A stretch of 64,000 nt of DNA from a virus (Duplodnaviria; Caudoviricetes). Position 1 is the stretch's first letter, and each line of letters starts with the position of its first letter. The position numbers and the translations under genes were made by a program. Location: the IMG/VR virus record IMGVR_UViG_3300030099_003199, positions 32,001 to 96,000 of that record. The stretch is one strand, 5' to 3'. Below the pieces are notes generated by a model. The model was not told the DNA's origin. It was given only the letters and a program-made list of their open reading frames with translations, and did not search any database. Shown piece by piece: positions 19,672 through 29,120 of the stretch.

Positions 19672-20864
19672 AACTAATTAAAATACATAGATTACGATTT
19701 GATATTGATGATCATAATACTAAAATTAAAAAAGGTCAAGTCTCTTTAGACTGTGATAATGACCATGCATTTGATATGCCAAATGTAAGTAGATATAATG
19801 ATGATCTAAAAAAGGCTATACAAAAAGCATTAGGACCTAATGAAGTTAAATCATTAAATAATATACGTACATTATATAGGTATCCTAATCTTAGTTTATC
19901 TAGAGATAAGGTTGCTTTTTATTGTCAAAATAATGATTTAAAAGTAATTAGAAATAAAGATGCTGCTGATATAAGAGTTATATCTGAAAAAGGTATAGAA
20001 AAACTAATGGAATATCATTGGTCAAAGAAGTTAGTAACTCCATCTAAACTTATTAAAATAATTGAAAATCATACTGCTGCCTTTGAAACAAAAGCAGATC
20101 AATTACATTGTATAAGTATAATTAAAGATATAGATGAAGATGAAATGATAGACATAGATTCTATAACTCGTAGATTTTATCATGCAGATAGTTGGGAACA
20201 TACTATTTCTCCAATGTTAGATGATATTAAAAAATCTAACACTAAAAGCATTAACTGGTTAGTTCTAGCTAAAAACTTGGAAATGTTTAATGAGTTTATA
20301 AATCCTACATTCAAATGGATCTTAGATGAAAATTGTAATAAGCTTATGTCTGCTGATTCAGTAGCATTAGATGATAAAAGTTTTATACAAATCAAAGATA
20401 TGTTGAAAGGAGGGACGCCAGATGATAGAGCTGTTGCAATGAACCTTATGTGTAATTGTGATATAGAGACTTCTAAAACTTATTTGGCTATGTTGTTCTT
20501 TCATTTTGGTGATTCTATGAAAGGAACCAAACCTTGGAACACAGTTGGATTTAAAGCATTAAGAAAAGGTTTTCAAAAGTATTATGACAACACTTCATAC
20601 AGTTATCAGCATTCATCAAGATATGAAAAACTAATTGGTATGTTGATTGAAGATAATGCATTAACTGTACCAGCAATGGAACATGTGTTAGATTTATTAT
20701 TTGAAGATGTTGTTAAGAAAGCAACAGGTCTTAATACTTCAAAAGCATTTAAGTTAGAAAGAAGTTCAATATCATTAACACCGGATTTTAGAGCTAAAGT
20801 TAAAGAGAAATCTTTATCTACAGTAATAAAAGAAGATCCAACAGTAAATGATTTACCATTTTAA
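19656..20864 (+). CDS. Hypothetical protein, possible BRCT-like domain, C-terminal DLPF
   Basis: PNLSLSRDKV...LKVIRNKDAADIRV. Confidence 0.7.
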   Translation: MCTQMKLIKIHRLRFDIDDHNTKIKKGQVSLDCDNDHAFDMPNVSRYNDDLKKAIQKALGPNEVKSLNNIRTLYRYPNLSLSRDKVAFYCQNNDLKVIRNKDAADIRVISEKGIEKLMEYHWSKKLVTPSKLIKIIENHTAAFETKADQLHCISIIKDIDEDEMIDIDSITRRFYHADSWEHTISPMLDDIKKSNTKSINWLVLAKNLEMFNEFINPTFKWILDENCNKLMSADSVALDDKSFIQIKDMLKGGTPDDRAVAMNLMCNCDIETSKTYLAMLFFHFGDSMKGTKPWNTVGFKALRKGFQKYYDNTSYSYQHSSRYEKLIGMLIEDNALTVPAMEHVLDLLFEDVVKKATGLNTSKAFKLERSSISLTPDFRAKVKEKSLSTVIKEDPTVNDLPF

Positions 20865-20866
20865 TT

Positions 20867-21853
20867 ATGACAGATAAAGAACAGATATTTAAAGACAAAT
20901 ATGATAGAGGAGAATTTAAGTTTTCATATTCAAGTATGAATAGACTTAGGTTCTCCCCTAAGCTTTTCTACAAGGATTATATCCTTAAAGATAGAGAGCC
21001 TAGATTAGATAAGCATCTAATAGAAGGTAGACTACTACATCTATTATTATTGCAACCTGATAACTTCCAATCAGAGTTTGCATTGCTACCCGGTAAGATA
21101 CCATCAGAAGCTGTACGTAGAGTTCTTAATGAAGTTAAAGGAGTTGCTGTAGGAGATTTAGAGGATTTAGGTCCTGAGATTATAACTGCATTGCAACACC
21201 AAAACTTATATCAATCTATCAAAGATGACTCAAAAAGATTAGCAAAAATACTCACGGATGACAACAAAGAGTACTTTAAATTTTTGCTTGTATCAGAAGG
21301 CAAAGACATCATTGATCAAGATATGTATGATAAAACATTAGAGCGTGTAGAGATTGTCAAGTCAAATAAAGATATAATGGATTTACTTGATCCAGTTATA
21401 ACAGACTTTGAGTTAGATGAAACTGAAACGTTTGCAGAATCATATCTAGAATGTGATTTAAGAGATCTTAAGTTTGGTCTTAAGGGTTATGTAGACAAGT
21501 ACATAATAGACCATAAGAAAAGGTCAATCACTATCATTGACATCAAGACGTCAGGCAAGTCTATTGTCAATTTTGTAGACACTGTAGATTATTACAATTA
21601 TTGGATGCAAGCTGCCATTTATACTATGTTAATATTAAAAAATGTTCCAGATGGCATACAAGGTTATAAAATAAACTTTAACTTTATAGTAGTAGATACG
21701 TATAATCAAGTCTATAACTTTGAGGTAAGTGAAGTCACAATGCAAACATGGGCTGAACAACTTATGCTTGTATTAAAGGCCTGTAAATACCACTTAGAAG
21801 AAATGAACTTTGATTTACCGTATGAGTTTATTAATAACAAAGTAGTATTATGA
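20867..21853 (+). CDS. PD-(D/E)xK exonuclease (RecE/Cas4-like)
   Basis: SYSS, GRLLH, KGYVD, IIDIKTS, QAAIY. Confidence 0.85.
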   Translation: MTDKEQIFKDKYDRGEFKFSYSSMNRLRFSPKLFYKDYILKDREPRLDKHLIEGRLLHLLLLQPDNFQSEFALLPGKIPSEAVRRVLNEVKGVAVGDLEDLGPEIITALQHQNLYQSIKDDSKRLAKILTDDNKEYFKFLLVSEGKDIIDQDMYDKTLERVEIVKSNKDIMDLLDPVITDFELDETETFAESYLECDLRDLKFGLKGYVDKYIIDHKKRSITIIDIKTSGKSIVNFVDTVDYYNYWMQAAIYTMLILKNVPDGIQGYKINFNFIVVDTYNQVYNFEVSEVTMQTWAEQLMLVLKACKYHLEEMNFDLPYEFINNKVVL

Positions 21854-22443
21854 TGTACACAAAATACTTTCAAAAAAGCAAGATCTTCCTCTATCCTTTA
21901 TTAAACATAAGGAGAGGGGTTGATTTTGTTCCTGTAGAAACATTTTTAACCTGGGAAGAAAACTATAAAGTTAAAGATAAAAAATTCATGTGTTTGTATG
22001 AGCAAGAAGAAACAGATGAATGGAAAACTTTTGAAGCCAAATATTTATTATCAAATATATTCTTTTATGATTATATATTATTAGATAAAGATGTACACTT
22101 ATATATCTATGATTTTAGTGATCTAGGTGCAGATTATACTAAAGTAGCACGTGGTAAATATTCTGAAATATCAGAAAGAAATAAAGAAATTATTATGAAC
22201 TTCTTTGGAGAAAAAGGCGCTATAGCACAATATGTAGAAGAATTTTTGTATCCAGAATATTATCATCAGCAATATGCAGATGAATTAGATGTTAACGTTG
22301 ACTCATTACAATCTGTATATGAACTATGTGATAAACCTGATATGGAAAAAGAAAATTTGATATTTAAAAAACCTGACGTAAAAGCTATATTTAAGAAAAA
22401 GTTTTTATCTTTGTATTCTAATTCAAAATATATTTTAACATGA
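21850..22443 (+). CDS. Hypothetical protein
   Basis: ATGA-coupled ORF. Confidence 0.75.
   Translation: MMYTKYFQKSKIFLYPLLNIRRGVDFVPVETFLTWEENYKVKDKKFMCLYEQEETDEWKTFEAKYLLSNIFFYDYILLDKDVHLYIYDFSDLGADYTKVARGKYSEISERNKEIIMNFFGEKGAIAQYVEEFLYPEYYHQQYADELDVNVDSLQSVYELCDKPDMEKENLIFKKPDVKAIFKKKFLSLYSNSKYILT
22406..22413 (+). promoter_or_regulatory. Bacteroidota -7 element TATCTTTG
   Basis: Inside the end of the previous gene, 26 nt before ATG 22440. Confidence 0.5.
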
Positions 22444-22892
22444 GTAAAGAAAACAAAAAACCAATGTATGGACAAAACATGTTGATTACAACATCAAACT
22501 GGGGCCCATACAAAACATTTAAATTAATGCCTATCACAGAGGATTGTCCTTATGTGGAGATCATATTTGACCCAAGTAGTAAAATACTTGCTGTTATTTC
22601 TAAAATTAATAAGAGTTCATATCATTTTGTACCAAAGATTGATGACAACGGAGATGAGGTAAAACTTAAAGTTGGCAAAAGACCTAATGGTAAAGATATT
22701 AAAGAACAAAGAGTAATGATGCAAACTCATGCTGAGTATTATATTGTTGATGATCAAGAAATCAAAGATTTTGTTAATCAGTTTGCAGTTAATGCTGACT
22801 CATATGACTATACTAGTATTATTGATAATGATGTTGAGCAAATGAAAAGAGCTTTATCTTCTGACAAAGCTACTAATCTAAACCTTGTTTAG
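22440..22892 (+). CDS. Hypothetical protein
   Basis: ORF flanked by a promoter element and a terminator. Confidence 0.8.
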   Translation: MSKENKKPMYGQNMLITTSNWGPYKTFKLMPITEDCPYVEIIFDPSSKILAVISKINKSSYHFVPKIDDNGDEVKLKVGKRPNGKDIKEQRVMMQTHAEYYIVDDQEIKDFVNQFAVNADSYDYTSIIDNDVEQMKRALSSDKATNLNLV

Positions 22893-22918
22893 AGTTTTCT
22901 TTATTAACCAATCCATAG

Positions 22919-22942
22919 AAAGGGACTTCGGTCCCTTTTTTT
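22919..22942 (+). terminator. Rho-independent terminator
   Basis: AAAGGGAC-TTCG-GTCCCTTTTTTT. Confidence 0.9.
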
Positions 22943-22959
22943 GGCCTTAAATTATAATT

Positions 22960-23160
22960 ATGACAGCACTTATAGTAATAGCAACACTTTATTGCCTTTT
23001 TAGACTTTGTAAACTAGCCCTAAGTCAAGGTAGACAAATAGAAAATCAAAAAAATCTTATAGAAAATATGACTAAATGGGAGGAAAAATATAAAGCAAAA
23101 AATGATTTTGATGCTGATATGGATGCACAAGATTCTAAATGGGGTAAACATAAAATATGA
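22960..23160 (+). CDS. Small membrane-anchored protein
   Basis: N-terminal hydrophobic helix; ATGA overlap with the polymerase gene. Confidence 0.65.
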   Translation: MTALIVIATLYCLFRLCKLALSQGRQIENQKNLIENMTKWEEKYKAKNDFDADMDAQDSKWGKHKI

Positions 23161-25154
23161 AGAGTCATTGGATAATGGATTATGAAACACTGAGTAATTT
23201 CTTTTGTGGTGTATTTAAACATTACAAAAAAGAAGAGTACAAGGTATTTGTAATACATTCTAAAAGAGATGACAGAAAAGCATTTATAGAATTTCTTGAA
23301 CAAAACAAAAAAAATAGAGAATATCATATATCATTTAATGGTTTAGGATTTGATGCGCAAATAACACATTGGTTTCTTGATAAGAAACAAGCAGTGTTAA
23401 ATGCAGATATAGAAGACTTAGTTCGTCACATCTATGATGAAGCACAAGCAACAATCCAAAGATCTAATAATAAAGAATTCTCTAAGTATCCAGAATGGAA
23501 AATGACTATTCCTCAAATAGATGTATACAAGCTAAATCACTGGGATAATATGGCCAAGCGGTCTAGTCTTAAGTGGATTGAATATACTATGGATTGGAAT
23601 AACATTCTTGATATGCCTATTGATCATGAGTCAGAAATAACAACTGATGAAGAAATTGATATGGTTATTGATTATTGTATTAATGATGTTAATGCAACTC
23701 AAGAGATCTATAATAGATCTAAAGAGCTTATAGGATTAAGAATAAACTTATCTAAAGAATATAACATTAACTTATTTAATGCATCAGAACCTAGAATATC
23801 TAAGGAGCTGTTTGCATTCTATTTAAGTAAAGAGTTAGATATTCCTAAGTATGAGTTAAAAAAGATGAGAACATTTAGGCGTGTAATAAAACTAGAAGAT
23901 ATTATACTGCCTTATGTAACATTTAAGACACCAGAGTTTCAATTGCTTCTTGATAGATTTAAAACTGTAGAATTAAATCCTCTTAATATAAAAGGGGCCT
24001 TTAAGTATAGTGTTAAATACAAAGGAGTTAAAACAGATTTTGGTTTAGGTGGTGTCCACGGTGCAAATAAACCGGGAATATATGAGCCTAAAAATGGTGA
24101 GATTATTATGTCTTCAGATGTTACATCTTTCTATCCTAATCTAGCAATTAAAAATAGCTGGTCTCCAGCACATTTACCAAAGTCACAGTTTTGTGAACTA
24201 TATGAATGGTTTTTTACAGAAAGAAAAAAGATTCCTAAGAGCAACCCTATGAACTATGTATATAAAATTATACTTAATAGTACATATGGTCTTTCTAATG
24301 ATAAAAATTCTTTCTTGTATGATCCGGAGTTTACAATGCGTATTACAATCAATGGTCAACTTACTTTGATGATGCTCTATGAAATGATTATGGAAGCAAT
24401 ACCAGAAGCACGTGCAATCATGCAAAATACTGACGGTATTGAAACTATTATTCCTGAGTCAGCAAAGGAAGAGTATTTTAAAGTATGTGAACAATGGGAA
24501 AAGTTAACGCAACTTAATTTAGAACATGATGAATATCAAAGACTTATATTTGGAGATGTTAATAATTATATTGGTATTTTTAAATTTGTTGAGACAGACT
24601 TATCTACATGGAGAACAATAAAGCAAAAAAATCCACACTATTTATTTAAAGTAGAAAAAGATAAATTTTATTATGCTCCTGTTAAATGTAAAGGTAGATT
24701 TGAATTTACGGATCTAGCATTACATAAAAACAAATCTAAACTAGTTATTCCTAAAGGTATCTATGAGTACTTTGTAAATAATAAACTGCCTGAAGATTAT
24801 CTTAAGGAAAATACTAATATACTAGACTATTGTATAGGTAGTAAAACTAATAGTGGTTGGCAAGTCAAAGCTGAATATGTAGAAAATGGTATTGCAAAAT
24901 CTGATGATCAACAAAAAATTAACAGATATTATGTAAGCAATAGCGGATCTAAGCTTGTTAAAGTTAACAAGAATGATGGGCGTGTTATACAGTTAGAAGC
25001 GGGACCTTGGATGACAACTATGTTTAATAAAATGATATTATCTCAAAAGTTTGCAGACTATGATATTAACTATAAATATTATCAGCAAGCTATTGAAAAA
25101 GAAGTCAATAATATTTTAGGTTTTACTAGCAATCAATTGAATTTATTTGATTAA
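23157..25154 (+). CDS. polB: Family B DNA polymerase with 3'-5' exonuclease
   Basis: DYET, FNGLGFD, YCINDV, SDVTSFYP, KIILNSTYG, NTDG. Confidence 0.93.
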   Translation: MKSHWIMDYETLSNFFCGVFKHYKKEEYKVFVIHSKRDDRKAFIEFLEQNKKNREYHISFNGLGFDAQITHWFLDKKQAVLNADIEDLVRHIYDEAQATIQRSNNKEFSKYPEWKMTIPQIDVYKLNHWDNMAKRSSLKWIEYTMDWNNILDMPIDHESEITTDEEIDMVIDYCINDVNATQEIYNRSKELIGLRINLSKEYNINLFNASEPRISKELFAFYLSKELDIPKYELKKMRTFRRVIKLEDIILPYVTFKTPEFQLLLDRFKTVELNPLNIKGAFKYSVKYKGVKTDFGLGGVHGANKPGIYEPKNGEIIMSSDVTSFYPNLAIKNSWSPAHLPKSQFCELYEWFFTERKKIPKSNPMNYVYKIILNSTYGLSNDKNSFLYDPEFTMRITINGQLTLMMLYEMIMEAIPEARAIMQNTDGIETIIPESAKEEYFKVCEQWEKLTQLNLEHDEYQRLIFGDVNNYIGIFKFVETDLSTWRTIKQKNPHYLFKVEKDKFYYAPVKCKGRFEFTDLALHKNKSKLVIPKGIYEYFVNNKLPEDYLKENTNILDYCIGSKTNSGWQVKAEYVENGIAKSDDQQKINRYYVSNSGSKLVKVNKNDGRVIQLEAGPWMTTMFNKMILSQKFADYDINYKYYQQAIEKEVNNILGFTSNQLNLFD

Positions 25155-25165
25155 ATTTGACAATT

Positions 25166-26068
25166 ATGGGACACAAAAAAGCGGTTACAACAACCAAAAT
25201 TTATTTAGAAAATGCACCCTTACCATCACATGGTAAGACGTATACAGTGGTATCACATAAAGAAGTGATGGATCACACACAAAAACTATTAAAAGTTAAT
25301 GGTTTTAAAATTAATAATCAATTATTTAAAGCAAGTATGAATGCTAGAGTGGCTCAAGGGATATACAATATCTCTGGAGTTAACTCTGTATCAGACAATG
25401 AAATTAGCATGATGTTTGCTTGGACAAACTCATATGATAAAAGTACAAGATTTCAATGTGGAGTTGGGGCTTATGTAATGGTATGTAATAATGGAATGAT
25501 CCATGGTGATATGGCCAACTATGGTCGTAAACATACAGGAACTGCTAATGCAGACATTGCAGTATCAATTGCACAACAAATAAGTGTAGCTTCACAAAAT
25601 TTCAATCAACTTGTTCAAGATAAAAATGATATGAAAACGGTAAACTTATCTAATAAAAAACAAGCTGAATTCTTGGGTAGATTATTTGTTGAAGAAAAAC
25701 TTCTTGACTCACAACAAATGACATGTGTAAAAAATGAAATGGAAAAAGCATCATACAATTATGGAGTAAATTCTGATTGTGCTTGGTCATTTTATAATCA
25801 TGTTACACATGCATTAAAATTAACACATCCAAGAAACTGGATGAAGAATCAAGCTAAGTTTCATGAGTTTATGACAGCTGAGTGTTTAAGTAATACTAAA
25901 AATAATACTAAAGACACTTACACTAATTCTGAAGATGATATTCAAATGCCTGAAGAACATTTAATAGAACTACCTGATGGTAGAATTATTGATGAGTTAG
26001 ATGCTGCAAGACCAGAAAATCATGATACTGAGGATTATGATTCTTCAAATAATGTATTTACTTTATGA
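25166..26068 (+). CDS. DUF932/DUF945-like protein
   Basis: NSYDKS, VMVCNNG, RKHTG, WSFYNHVT. Confidence 0.75.
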   Translation: MGHKKAVTTTKIYLENAPLPSHGKTYTVVSHKEVMDHTQKLLKVNGFKINNQLFKASMNARVAQGIYNISGVNSVSDNEISMMFAWTNSYDKSTRFQCGVGAYVMVCNNGMIHGDMANYGRKHTGTANADIAVSIAQQISVASQNFNQLVQDKNDMKTVNLSNKKQAEFLGRLFVEEKLLDSQQMTCVKNEMEKASYNYGVNSDCAWSFYNHVTHALKLTHPRNWMKNQAKFHEFMTAECLSNTKNNTKDTYTNSEDDIQMPEEHLIELPDGRIIDELDAARPENHDTEDYDSSNNVFTL

Positions 26069-26475
26069 GCAAACACAGTAAATACTATTGGGATACTGAG
26101 AGAAATAAACCTTTTGGGGAAATAACTCTCAGTTGTCCTCCTGGTTTAGAATTTAATACACCATATACATTAGAAGAAATAAAAGAAGCTATGAGCAATA
26201 AACCATCTAGAAAAGACTATCCTGTATATACAGGAGTTCTTAAATATTTTCCTGATGCTCTTATGGAGTTATCAAGAGTTTCCTTACAAGGTAATATACA
26301 ACATCATCCAGATAAACCTTTACATTGGGATAAAGATAAAAGTAAAGATCATTTAGATGCTCTTACTAGACATCTTATTGATGCAGATAAAACAGATGAT
26401 GATGGTATATTACATTTAGCTAAAGTTGCTTGGAGAGCACTTGCAGCTTTACAAACTAAATTAGAAAATCAATAG
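26065..26475 (+). CDS. dATP/dGTP diphosphohydrolase-like protein (DUF5664)
   Basis: YFPDAL, LHWD, DALTRHL, DGILHLAKVAWRALA. Confidence 0.75.
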   Translation: MSKHSKYYWDTERNKPFGEITLSCPPGLEFNTPYTLEEIKEAMSNKPSRKDYPVYTGVLKYFPDALMELSRVSLQGNIQHHPDKPLHWDKDKSKDHLDALTRHLIDADKTDDDGILHLAKVAWRALAALQTKLENQ

Positions 26476-26641
26476 GAGAAGTGTTTATATGACCGGGATG
26501 TCTTCCGGTCTGAAGATAAGATGTCAATTTAATAATTGATCTAATAGGATCTTCTCCGGGAGTTTTTACTTGAAATAGTATTTTAATCCTTTCATTTCCT
26601 TCAATCTTACTCAAGACTGACTAATGGAAAGACATTGTGTT

Positions 26642-26715
26642 ACACCCATAGCTCAACTGGATAGAGCAACAGCCTTCTAAGCTGTAGGTTGAAGGTTCAA
26701 ATCCTTCTGGGTGTA
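26642..26715 (+). tRNA. tRNA-Arg(TCT)
   Basis: Acceptor ACACCCA/TGGGTGT, D-arm AGCTCAACTGGATAGAGC, anticodon arm ACAGC-CTTCTAA-GCTGT, T-arm GGTTCAAATCC; CCA not encoded. Confidence 0.95.
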
Positions 26716-26737
26716 CTATTAATCAAAACTATTAATT

Positions 26738-26830
26738 ATGGATTTATTTTGGGCTATTATGATTTACTTTGCTGGTTTAGCCACCGGTGCCTATGCAGTT
26801 ACACAATTTGATGAAAAACTCAAAAAGTAG
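26738..26830 (+). CDS. 30-aa single-TM peptide
   Basis: MDLFWAIMIYFAGLATGAYAVTQFDEKLKK with a good leader. Confidence 0.5.
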   Translation: MDLFWAIMIYFAGLATGAYAVTQFDEKLKK

Positions 26831-26976
26831 TTATATAGGAGCATTTATAGGGTTTTGTGGTCTTTTGATCACAACCCTTTTACTTATTATACATAAATAT
26901 ATATAATTGAGCACCTTTGGTTTTGCCATATTAGTTGCTGTATATTGGATTATCTTTATAAAATTTAAAAAAAATA

Positions 26977-27186
26977 ATGAGATATAAAGGATACATATTA
27001 CAAGAAAAGATGTCTAAGACAAAAGTACCAATGCGTGTATTTAGAAAAAAGCTCTTAGAAGGTTATAAAGAAATAGATTTACCTTTTGATAAAGAGATTA
27101 TTACTAATGAGAGAACGGGAATACCGTTTTTAAAAACAAAAAAAAATGATAATGGAAATGAATTTGTATTCTGTTACTGGGAATAA
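26977..27186 (+). CDS. Hypothetical protein
   Basis: ORF track. Confidence 0.6.
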   Translation: MRYKGYILQEKMSKTKVPMRVFRKKLLEGYKEIDLPFDKEIITNERTGIPFLKTKKNDNGNEFVFCYWE

Positions 27187-27198
27187 CATTATAGTTAT

Positions 27199-28035
27199 AT
27201 GGCCATAAAGCGTCAAGTAACAAAAACATTAGTAACAAAAACAAATAATAACAGTAGTGATTGCATAGCTCCTAATATAATCTATGGATGTATGGGGGGT
27301 TGTGTAAACACTTACTGTTATATGTCTAGATTTAACGGACGTAGAGTATTTGTTAATACTAATGTTAATGACATATTTAATTCTGTTCTTGCTTGGGAGG
27401 CGGGCTATACTAAAGTCCCTAACCAGCAAGATCCAGTATATACAATGGTAGACATTGCATGCAACTCAGATTTAGTTCTGATGCAAAAGCATATGCCTGA
27501 ACCATTACATGATTACCTTAAACGCTTTGATGATCATCCACAACTTAATAGTACTATGGCTACTAAGTATCCGGGTCTTCTTAAACTTGACGTTAATCAT
27601 TTTAATAAACCACCTAGAGTAAGAGTAAGTCTTATGCCTCAAGCTTATTCAGATGTATTAGAACCTAAGATGCAAAAAATTGAATCTAGAATACAAGATA
27701 TTAATAGACTTAAGGATTTAGGATGGGAAGTACATTTAAATTTTTCTCCACTTATATTTATGCCAGGCTGGTCTAAACATTATGATAAGTTATTTAAACG
27801 TGTTAAAGAAGTAGCAGGTGAAAATAAATGTGAAGTTATTGCATTGACCAATCATGTTAATCAAATGATTAAAGCTAGTGATGAGGCTCGTGAGATTATG
27901 AAATATTCTGATGAAGTTAAAAATGGATCAGGAGTGATGCGCTATCCAATAGCAAAGAAGCATAAACTTTTAGAAATGTTTAAACAAATCTATGCAAACT
28001 ATTTTGACATAGGAACAATAAGATACATATTCTGA
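27199..28035 (+). CDS. Spore photoproduct lyase-like radical SAM protein
   Basis: GCMGGCVNTYCY cluster motif, DIACNSD, ATK, RVRVSLMP, GWEVHLNFSP, RY. Confidence 0.8.
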   Translation: MAIKRQVTKTLVTKTNNNSSDCIAPNIIYGCMGGCVNTYCYMSRFNGRRVFVNTNVNDIFNSVLAWEAGYTKVPNQQDPVYTMVDIACNSDLVLMQKHMPEPLHDYLKRFDDHPQLNSTMATKYPGLLKLDVNHFNKPPRVRVSLMPQAYSDVLEPKMQKIESRIQDINRLKDLGWEVHLNFSPLIFMPGWSKHYDKLFKRVKEVAGENKCEVIALTNHVNQMIKASDEAREIMKYSDEVKNGSGVMRYPIAKKHKLLEMFKQIYANYFDIGTIRYIF

Positions 28036-28232
28036 TGTATAAAGAAGATATTAAATTACTTATTAAAAAAGGGTATTGGGTAAGTTGTTATCCTGTCAAA
28101 AAAAAATGGGAGATGGTAATATATGAACGCAAGTCAGCCGGATGGGTAAAAAGAAAAAGAAAACTATTTACCTACCCGGCTGCTGCATATAATTGGGCAA
28201 TCAATTACTTAGAACCTTTAGTAGATCCTTAA
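28035..28232 (+). CDS. Hypothetical protein, last plus-strand gene of the block
   Basis: TGATG overlap; convergent with 28229. Confidence 0.65.
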   Translation: MYKEDIKLLIKKGYWVSCYPVKKKWEMVIYERKSAGWVKRKRKLFTYPAAAYNWAINYLEPLVDP

Positions 28233-28648
28233 GCTGATTTAGTCCAGAATGCGTACTCCATAACTGCAGTAGTAGCAGAACCTTTAAATTGCATATGAGC
28301 TGCAGCTTCAAGAGGAATCATTGCAAATTCACCTTTAGCTAATTTAGCTAGAGGAGATTGTGTTACTGTAGCTGAAGAACCTTCTCCACTACATGTAGCA
28401 GTTGCTACAACTTGTGCATGTACTGTTTCGGTTCCAGAAGATGTATTCATGATATATAAATATGTATCATTAGTATTTTTAGTACCATTTAAATCATCTA
28501 AAGTTGTTGCAAATGATGTTGTTAATGCTGTTGTACCAACTTGAACAGCTGGACTTGTTACATTTAAAACTTTTTCTTTAATAATGTTTAAAACGTCACT
28601 GGTTGTACCAGTGCCCGTTAGTGTTAATCTACTTGTAATTGTTGCCAT
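28229..28648 (-). CDS. Putative virion structural protein
   Basis: Thr/Ala-rich and beta-rich. Confidence 0.6.
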   Translation of the reverse strand: MATITSRLTLTGTGTTSDVLNIIKEKVLNVTSPAVQVGTTALTTSFATTLDDLNGTKNTNDTYLYIMNTSSGTETVHAQVVATATCSGEGSSATVTQSPLAKLAKGEFAMIPLEAAAHMQFKGSATTAVMEYAFWTKSA

Positions 28649-28668
28649 TTTATTTTATTTTTAAATTG

Positions 28669-28941
28669 TTACCTTTTTTTCCTTGTTTTAGGATAGTTTC
28701 TTTTACTACCTTTTACTCTGCTCTTTTCTTTTTTACCTCGGTTTTTAGAAGCTGACATTGCTACAGTCTTCTTAGACCTTGGTCCATTTGGATGATGAAG
28801 ATCTTTTCCATCACCTTTACGTACTTTACCTACTTTAAGTCCTTCTCTACGTGCTTTATTTCTAGCCGCTCTATCTTTTTTAGATTTAGTAGAAGACTGA
28901 AACTTCTTATATTCTTTTTTATAGTTTCTTTTAGCAGGCAT
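28669..28941 (-). CDS. Small basic HNH-like protein
   Basis: RNYKKEY...KGDGKDLHH...SKNR. Confidence 0.7.
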   Translation of the reverse strand: MPAKRNYKKEYKKFQSSTKSKKDRAARNKARREGLKVGKVRKGDGKDLHHPNGPRSKKTVAMSASKNRGKKEKSRVKGSKRNYPKTRKKR

Positions 28942-28948
28942 AATATAT

Positions 28949-28958
28949 TATAATATAC
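28949..28958 (-). promoter_or_regulatory. Putative late promoter motif GTATATTATA
   Basis: One of three identical copies. Confidence 0.55.
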
Positions 28959-29119
28959 TAAAATTCAAGCTCAAATCCTAGATTAAAAATCATAAACCTA
29001 AGTCTAGCTGCATTTATTGTAAGTTCTAATGCAGTAAAAGTTCCAATTCTAATCTCTACTTTATAAATCTCACTTTTATTATTAGATTTATAACTATTTA
29101 TCCAATTTATTTTTTTCAT
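28958..29119 (-). CDS. 53-aa beta-strand-rich protein
   Basis: MKKINWINSY...RFMIFNLGFELEF; fills the gap after the nuclease gene. Confidence 0.65.
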   Translation of the reverse strand: MKKINWINSYKSNNKSEIYKVEIRIGTFTALELTINAARLRFMIFNLGFELEF

Positions 29120-29120
29120 T

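Noticed and set aside
23157-25154. Intein or group I intron in the polymerase (also checked nrdJ and dnaB)
   Set aside because: Lengths are compact and motifs are collinear with no insertion.
26476-26560. Canonical hammerhead ribozyme
   Set aside because: CUGANGA is present, but GAAA and a properly placed NUH are missing.
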